Shown: one piece after another, positions 53,749 through 61,600 of the stretch
Numbering within the stretch: position 1 is the stretch's first letter
Layout: each line of letters starts with the position of its first letter
Origin: Novakomyces olei
Lineage: Eukaryota
Length of the DNA: 64,000 nucleotides
NCBI GenBank assembly: GCA_016906335.1
Contig: JADEYG010000003.1
Span: forward strand, 1,550,001 to 1,614,000
Direction of reading: 5' to 3'
Made by a program: the position numbers and the translations under genes
Notes under the pieces: model-generated
Databases searched by the model: none
The model's input: only the letters and a program-made list of their open reading frames with translations
What the model was told of the DNA's origin: nothing

Positions 53749-55067
53749 CTAATCAATAGGGTCAATCTCGTCCAGCGAGGTTAGGGTTAACCCACTTGCG
53801 CTTCCAGTATGATGGATTGTACGCGCCGCCTTTACAAAATCACGCAACTCCAAAGGCCGAACTCTTCCTTCTCGTTGCTCAGATGACAAATGCGTAACCC
53901 TGGCAGCAGAAATTCCCTCACTACCCAGAAATTGCCTTAGGAATTCCCGGTGAGGAATCGCAGCAGCAGCACGACATAGCTCCTTCAAAGCAGATCCGGA
54001 AAACCCTTCTGCTGAACGTGATAACGCGTCCAAAAGCTCACCCGCAGGTTCTTTAAGCTGACAGTCTTGTAATAACTTTGTCAGTATATGCCGTCTTTGT
54101 TGAAGAGCGGGCAGCTGAACCGCAAATTGTTTAGCTAATCGCCTTAATATAGCAGCGTCAATATCGTCGCGCCTATTAGTCGCACCCATAACAACGATTC
54201 GACTAGTTGAATCGTCACGGGTAAGTAATCCGTCCCACAGACTCATAAATTCGGCTTTAATCATAGCCATTGCCTCGTGGTCCCCCATTGAACGCTCCCG
54301 TAAAAATGAATCGATTTCATCGATGAAAATTATACTTGGCTGTAGCTTTCGAGCGACACTAAACAAGGCAGCGATAAGTTTATTCGACTCGCCAAACCAT
54401 TTGTCTGTGAGCGTTGACAAATGGACGTTGATAAATGTAGCTCCGGACTCTTTGGCCAAAGCTTTTGCTAGCATTGTCTTGCCGCATCCTGGAAAGTGAG
54501 AAATAAATTAGAATAACAAAAAATAGTTAACAAAGAAAAAACAAAAGAAATAAAATTAAAAAAAAAAGAAGAAAATAATGATAGAAAATAATAATAATAA
54601 AATAATCAAATCTATTACCAGGCGGCCCGTACAAAAGCACACCTTTCGGGGGCCCCAAATTAACGCCGGGAAAGTCAAATAGTTCTGGATGCGTCAAGGG
54701 CAAAATAACAGTCTCCTTCAACTCTGAAATAATAGCGTCGAGACCACCAATATCTATTATGATTAGCACTTGTATTCGATTGTACGGTACCATCAAACGA
54801 GGCCTGAATTTCGTCGCCAATAACTACTTCAGAAGCAATAACTTGCTCGTACTCATTGAGCTCAAGCGACTCAAATGCAGAGCCAGTTTCTTCGTGCACC
54901 AGTTGCAGTCGCCGCAAAACTGCCGTTGACCTAGTTCGGGCAGCTTCTTTACGTTCCCGGTTCGGGTCCGAGAGCGTCAGCAGATATTTAAGCCCATAGT
55001 AAACTGCCACTTGGGAAAGTACAGTATATAAGGCCGTTTTTATAAGCCATCTCCGATCGCTGTCCAT
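53749..55067 (-). CDS. MSP1: Msp1/ATAD1 membrane-anchored AAA ATPase, 3 exons
   Basis: N-terminal [96 protein letters not shown]. Confidence 0.95.
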
Positions 55068-55243
55068 TGGTTTTGAATCCAACTACTGATGCGCTGTTCA
55101 CATACGAATAGCGAATGATACGACTTAAAAGATGAATGAGTCCAGTTATAAAAGAGCGATACCGCGAGATATAGTATAGTATATCTGTATCTAGCTTGAG
55201 ATTCCTGCTAGCATCAAAAATGCTGTTACATGATAGGGATAAT

Positions 55244-55262
55244 TTAGGGTTAGCTAGGGTTA
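55244..55262. promoter_or_regulatory. TTAGGG-type box upstream of MSP1
   Basis: tttagggttagctagggtt; the same unit (TAGCTAGGGT) is repeated at 50312-50340. Confidence 0.5.
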
Positions 55263-55661
55263 TTACTTAAAATTTTCTGTGAATATAACAACGTATAGTC
55301 TGATCCAGCAAGAGCTTTGAAATAATTGTGGATTATTTGTCTGTCTTGACCGTCATGCTAATTATTGCCGACCTTTGGCTCATCTTGGACTCTGGGTGAC
55401 TTTGACTGGCGTTGATTTCGACTGTACAATGTACAAATTAATTTGCATATACACATGTTTTAATAAAATTTCTTTTGCTGTTTGCTTTTAGTATTTAATG
55501 ATTTATCTAATCTAATCTAATCTAATCTAGTCTTGCTAATCAATCTAGCATATTGTGACAAAAATCCGCCTCTCCTTCATCCGTAATCGCCGTGTCCAGC
55601 TTTGTATATCTTCTCCCATATTTTTACATGCTTTTTAATTGTACATATATCAATCTCGCAT

Positions 55662-58600
55662 TCAAAGCAAATTGTAATACCTTGTAGATTTAATAAGGCA
55701 GAATTCCACAAAGTCCTCGAGACCAAGGAAGACGTATGGTTGACTGAGAGCGTCCATATACTCTTCACGGATATAAAAGCGGTTACTACATTCCGTTCGC
55801 ACCTTCAATTTCATGAGCTGTACAAAATGTCTGCTGCCGGAGTCAGCTAAAAGAGTATTTACTGCAAGAATCGTGTCTAAGACAACATTCGTCACCAGTT
55901 CCGTTACTGGCGTCTGCGATATGAAATAGTCTCGGAGCGCGGGCTTAAGTTTTAAGAGTAATTGAAAAACGTTGCAGTTCGAAATTACAATCACTTGGTG
56001 CAAACAAACGTTTGCATCAAGATTTGAATCCTTCGTTGCTTTTCGCCAAAGTTCATCTTTACCCGGCTCGTTAAAAGCTAAAATATGGTTGAACAGCCAC
56101 GTGCCAAACTTTTCGAAAAACAATTCTTTTAATTCAGGAAATTCTTCTTCCCACAGACCGCAGGCTTTTTGTGCTTCAATAAAGGGTGTGATACTTAAGG
56201 TTTTCCTATCATCAATATCAAAAGATTTCAGTTGGTGTGGCTTATACTCGTCAATTTCTTCATTGGACCAGGAGCCACTGTAATGTAATAGGCCGTCATG
56301 AATAAATTTAAGCGAATCTGTTGATGCCTCTTTAAACCGAGATGAAACATTCCAGTAATCTTCATCAAACCAAGATGGATCATTCCAGTAATGAAAATAA
56401 ACGTATTCTATTTTAATCACCACCAAGTAGTTTTCTTTATGAAGAATCTTGTTTGCCTTAGTAACAATTCGCCTAACATCAAAATGCACCAGACGATTAA
56501 TACGAATCATCTCGCTCACGCTCCATCTTGATGTTTCTTGGCAACCATTTAAATACTCTAGAAACAGTTCTCTAGAAAAACGAACAAAAAAACTCAATAC
56601 AGGATTCCTAAAAACCAAATGGCCTGCAGACTCCTCACAGTAGTATGAATCGGGTTTTAAGAATCCCTTCGTTTTCTCATAGTCCTTAATAAAACTGGCT
56701 GCTGATTCGCTGTGCTTAAAACAAGGATCACTTTGACAGTAATATCCTTGAGCTTTTTTAACCAGTTCGTTGACTTTAATGTCCACGAAGTCATCGGTAA
56801 ATCTGGTGCTGACAAACGGGTATTTGTCTACTATCCTGGTTTCCAGTAGAGACGATGCCTTTGGACAAAACAATTTGCCTCTAGCCCTTTCACGGGTTGT
56901 CGTATTTAACAACGAAGACAGAACTTGCTGGGGTTGCGACACCATTCTTAGATCACAAATTTCCGTAGACCACGGATGTCCTTCTGAACTTAACTGTAAA
57001 GGCGCATAAAAAGGGTCTGTCAGCTCTGAGCGCGCGCTCTTACGACCTCTGCCGGAGGATGTATGAGGCGCAAAAATAAAAGAAGTACTAGAAGTACTAG
57101 AAGAACTAGAAGAACTAGAAGTACTTGAAGTCTTAGAAGTGCTTGAAGTCTTAGACGTACTTGAAGTCATAGAAGTACTTGAAGTCCTAGAAGAACTTGA
57201 AGTCATAGAAGTACTCGAAGTACTAGAAGTGCTTGAAGTCACAGAAGAACTTGAAGTCTTAGAAGAACTTGAAGTCCTAGAAGTGCTTGAGGACCTAGAA
57301 GTACTTGAAGTCATAGAGGTGCTTGAAGTCATAGAAGTCCTTGAAGTCTTAGAAGTACTTGAAGTCATAGAAGTACTTGAAGTCCTAGAAGTGCTTGAAG
57401 TCATAGAAGTACTCGAAGTACTAGAAGTCCTTGAAGTCACAGAAGAACTTGAAGTCTTAGAAGAACTTGAAGTCCTAGAAGTGCTTGAAGACCTAGAAGT
57501 ACTTGAAGTCATAGAGGTGCTTGAAGTCATAGAAGTCCTTGAAGTCTTAGAAGTACTTGAAGTCATAGAAGTACTTGAAGTCTTAGAAGTACTCGAAGTA
57601 CTAGAAGTGCTTGAAGTCACAGAAGAACTTGAAGTCTTAGAAGTACTTGAAGTCATAGAAGTGCTTGAAGTCATAGAAGTACTAGAAGTCTTAGAAGTAC
57701 TTGAAGTCATAGAAGTACTTGAAGTACTAGAAGTGCTTGAAGACCTAGAAGTACTTGAAGTCATAGAGGTGCTTGAAGTCATAGAAGTCCTTGAAGTCTT
57801 AGAAGTACTTGAAGTCATAGAAGTACTTGAAGTCATAGAAGTACTTGAAGTACTAGAAGTCCTTGAAGTCACAGAAGAAGTTGAAGTCTTAGAAGTACTT
57901 GAAGTCTTCGAAGAACTTGAAGTCCTAGAAGTGCTTGAAGACCTAGAAGTACTTGAAGTCATAGAGGTGCTTGAAGTCATAGAAGTCCTTGAAGTCATAG
58001 AAGTGCTTGAGGTGATACTAGAGTTACTTGAAGTCTTAGAGGTACTAAAAGTAGAAGCAACAAAAACACTAAAACCAAGAGTTCCAGAAGAGGCCTTCGG
58101 TTTCGGGTCTTTTTCAGGAAAAATAGCAGAATAGAAAATTGATGAATCCAGACTAGCAGAGCCTTCAGATCCGTAGTTTTTAGATAAAATTTGAACAGTA
58201 GTTTTTTCAGAGTATTCGTTTGTCAGATTGACTGAACCATCAATATCTTTTCTTGATGCTAACGAAGTACTTGCTGCTGAAGATGAAGTAGTTCTATTCT
58301 CTTTCCTCGACCCATAAATAGATTCGGAGCTGAGCATGGATGAAGGAGTTGCCAGACTGATGTTTTTTGACAAGTCCTTTTCGTCCGTATAAGTCATAGT
58401 CAATAATCTGTTTGAAGACACCTTGAATTGAAACGTAGACTTCGATTTAGAGGGAGGGTTCACAAGCGTAGACTTTGCCATAGGCTTAGACTTCTTCTGT
58501 GAGGGCTTGTTGTTTTTGGTTCGAGAGGAACTCGACAGTGTAGCGACGGGAGTCTTGCTCAATGCAGAGCTCGAGACCTTAGAAAACCTTTGAGACGAAT

Positions 58601-61600
58601 AGACGACGCTCGATTCATTGAGCGGACTTACATAAACAACGGTAAGCGATTGAGACTGGTCGGATAAAATTGTTGCTCGGATTGACTTATTCCATGCAGA
58701 ATGCATCGGACTCAACCCGCTCGTTGATAAATTAAACGGATTCTTAGACGAGTCCGCAAGTGTTGTTGCTAAACTTGACCTATTCAATGCAGATTGCAGC
58801 GGCCTCAATGCGCTCTGTGAAGAACTAGATGACTCGGTTGACTTATTCAATGCAGAATGCAGCGGACTCAATCCTGTCTGTGAAGAATTAAACGACTCGG
58901 TTGACTTATTCAATGCAGAATGCAGCGGACTCATCGCACTCGTAGATGAATTAAACGACTCGGTTGACCTATTCAATGCAGAATGCAAAAGACTCAACGC
59001 ACTCGTAGATGAATTAAACGACTTCTTAGTCTGGTCGGCGAGTGTTGTAGCACGGCTTGACTTATTCAATGCAGAATGCAGCGGACTCAATCCTGTCTGT
59101 GAAGAACTAAACGACTCGGTTGACCTATTCAATGCAGAATGCAGCGGACTCAATCCTGTTTGTGAAGAACTAAACGACTCGGTTGACCTATTCAATGCAG
59201 AATGCAAAGGACTCAAAGCGCTCTGTGAAGAATTAAACGACTCGGTTGACCTATTCAATGCAGAATGCAAAGGACTCAAAGCGCTCTGTGAAGAATTAAA
59301 CGACTCGGTTGACCTATTCAATGCAGAATGGAGCGGACTCAATCCTGTCTGTGAAGAACTAAACGAGTCGGTTGACCTATTCAATGCAGAATGCAAAGGA
59401 CTCAAAGCGCTCTGTGAGGAAATAAACGACTTCTTAGTCTGGTCGGCGAGTGTTGTAGCACGGCTTGACTTATTCAATGCAGAATGCAGCGGACTCAATC
59501 CTGTCTGTGAAGAACTAAACGAGTCGGTTGACCTATTCAATGCAGAATGCAAAGGACTCAAAGCGCTCTGTGAGGAAATAAACGACTCGGTTGACTTATT
59601 CAATGCAGAATGCAGCGGACTCAACGCACTCGTAGATGAATTAAACGACTTCTTAGACTGGTTGGCGAGTGTTGTAGCACGGCTTGACCTATTCAATGCA
59701 GAATGCAGCGGACTCAAAGCGCTCTGTGAAGAATTAAACGACTCGGTTGACCTATTCAATGCAGAATGCAGCGGACTCGATGCGCTCGTCGATGAATTAA
59801 ACGACTCGGTTGACCTATTCAAAGCAGAATGCAAAGGACTCAACGCACTCGTAGATGAATTAAATGACTTCTTAGACTGGTCGGCGAGTGTTGTAGCACG
59901 GCTTGACTTATTCAATGCGGATTGCAAAGAACTCAAAGCGCTATGTAAAGAATTAAACGACTCGGTTGACTTATTCAATGCAGAATGCAGCGGACTCAAA
60001 GCGCTCTGTGAAGAATTAAACGACTCGGTTGACCTATTCAATGCAGAATGCAGCGGACTCGATGCGCTCGTCGATGAATTAAACGACTCGGTTGACCTAT
60101 TCAATGCAGAATGCAAAGGACTCAACGCACTCGTAGATGAATTAAACGACTTCTTAGTCTGGTCGGCGAGTGTTGTAGCACGGCTTGACTTATTCAATGC
60201 AGAATGCAGCGGACTCAATCCTGTCTGTGAAGAACTAAACGACTCGGTTGACCTATTCAATGCAGAATGCAAAGGACTCAAAGCGCTCTGTGAAGAATTA
60301 AACGACTCGGTTGACCTATTCAATGCAGAATGCAAAGGACTCAAAGCGCTCTGTGAAGAATTAAACCACTCGGTTGACCTATTCAATGCAGAATGGAGCG
60401 GACTCGATGCGCTCGACGAAGAATTAAACGACTCGGTTGACCTATTCAATTCAGATTGCAGCGGACTCAAACCTGTCTGTGAAGAATTAAAGGACTCGCG
60501 TGATTTATTCAATGCAGAATGGAGCGGACTCGATGCGCTCGACGAAGAATTAAACGACTCGGTTGACCTATTCAATTCAGATTGCAGCGGACTCAAACCT
60601 GTCTGTGAAGAATTAAAGGACTCGCGTGATTTATTCAATGCAGAATGCAGCGGGCTCAACGCACTCGTGGATGAATTAAACGACTTCTTAGACTGGTCGG
60701 CGAGTGTTGTAGCACGGCTTGACTTATTCAATGCGGATTGCAAAGGACTCAAACCTGTCTGTGAAGAATTAAAGGACTCGCGTGATTTATTCAATGCAGA
60801 ATGCAGCGGACTCAACGCACTCGTGGATGAATTAAACGACTTCTTAGACTGGCCGGCGAGTGATTCTGCAGAGCTTGACTTATTCAATGCAGATTGCAAA
60901 GGACTCAAAGCGCTCTGTGAAGAACTAAACGACTCGGTTGACCTATTCAATGCGGATTGCAAAGGACTCAATCCTGTCTGTGAAGAATTAAACGACTCAG
61001 TTGACTTATTCAATGCAGATTGCAGCGGCCTCAATCCTGTCTGTGAAGAATTAAAGGACTCGCGTGATTTATTCAATGCAGAATGCAGCGGACTCAACGC
61101 ACTCGTGGATGAATTAAACGACTTCTTAGACTGGCCGGCGAGTGATTCTGCAGAGCTTGACTTATTCAATGCAGATTGCAAAGGACTCAAAGCGCTCTGT
61201 GAAGAACTAAACAACTCGGTTGACCTATTCAATGCGGATTGCAAAGGACTCAATCCTGTCTGTGAAGAATTAAACGACTCAGTTGACTTATTCAATGCAG
61301 ATTGCAGCGGCCTCAATCCTGTCTGTGAAGAATTAAAGGACTCGCGTGATTTATTCAATGCAGAATGCAGCGGACTCAACGCACTCGTGGATAAATTAAA
61401 CGACTTCTTAGACTGGCCGGCGAGTGATTCTGCAGAGCTTGACTTATTCAATGCGGATTGCAAAGAACTCAAAGCACTCTGTGAAGAATTAAACGACTCG
61501 GTTGACTTATTCAATGCAGATTGCAGCGGGCTCAACGCACTCGTGGATGAATTAAACGACTTCTTAGACTGGTTGGCGAGTGATTCTGCAGAGCTTGACT

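Noticed and set aside
57139-58134. 331-aa + strand ORF (LEVLEVIEV...)
   Set aside because: Antisense shadow of the (SxT)n minisatellite; no ATG context or unique domain.
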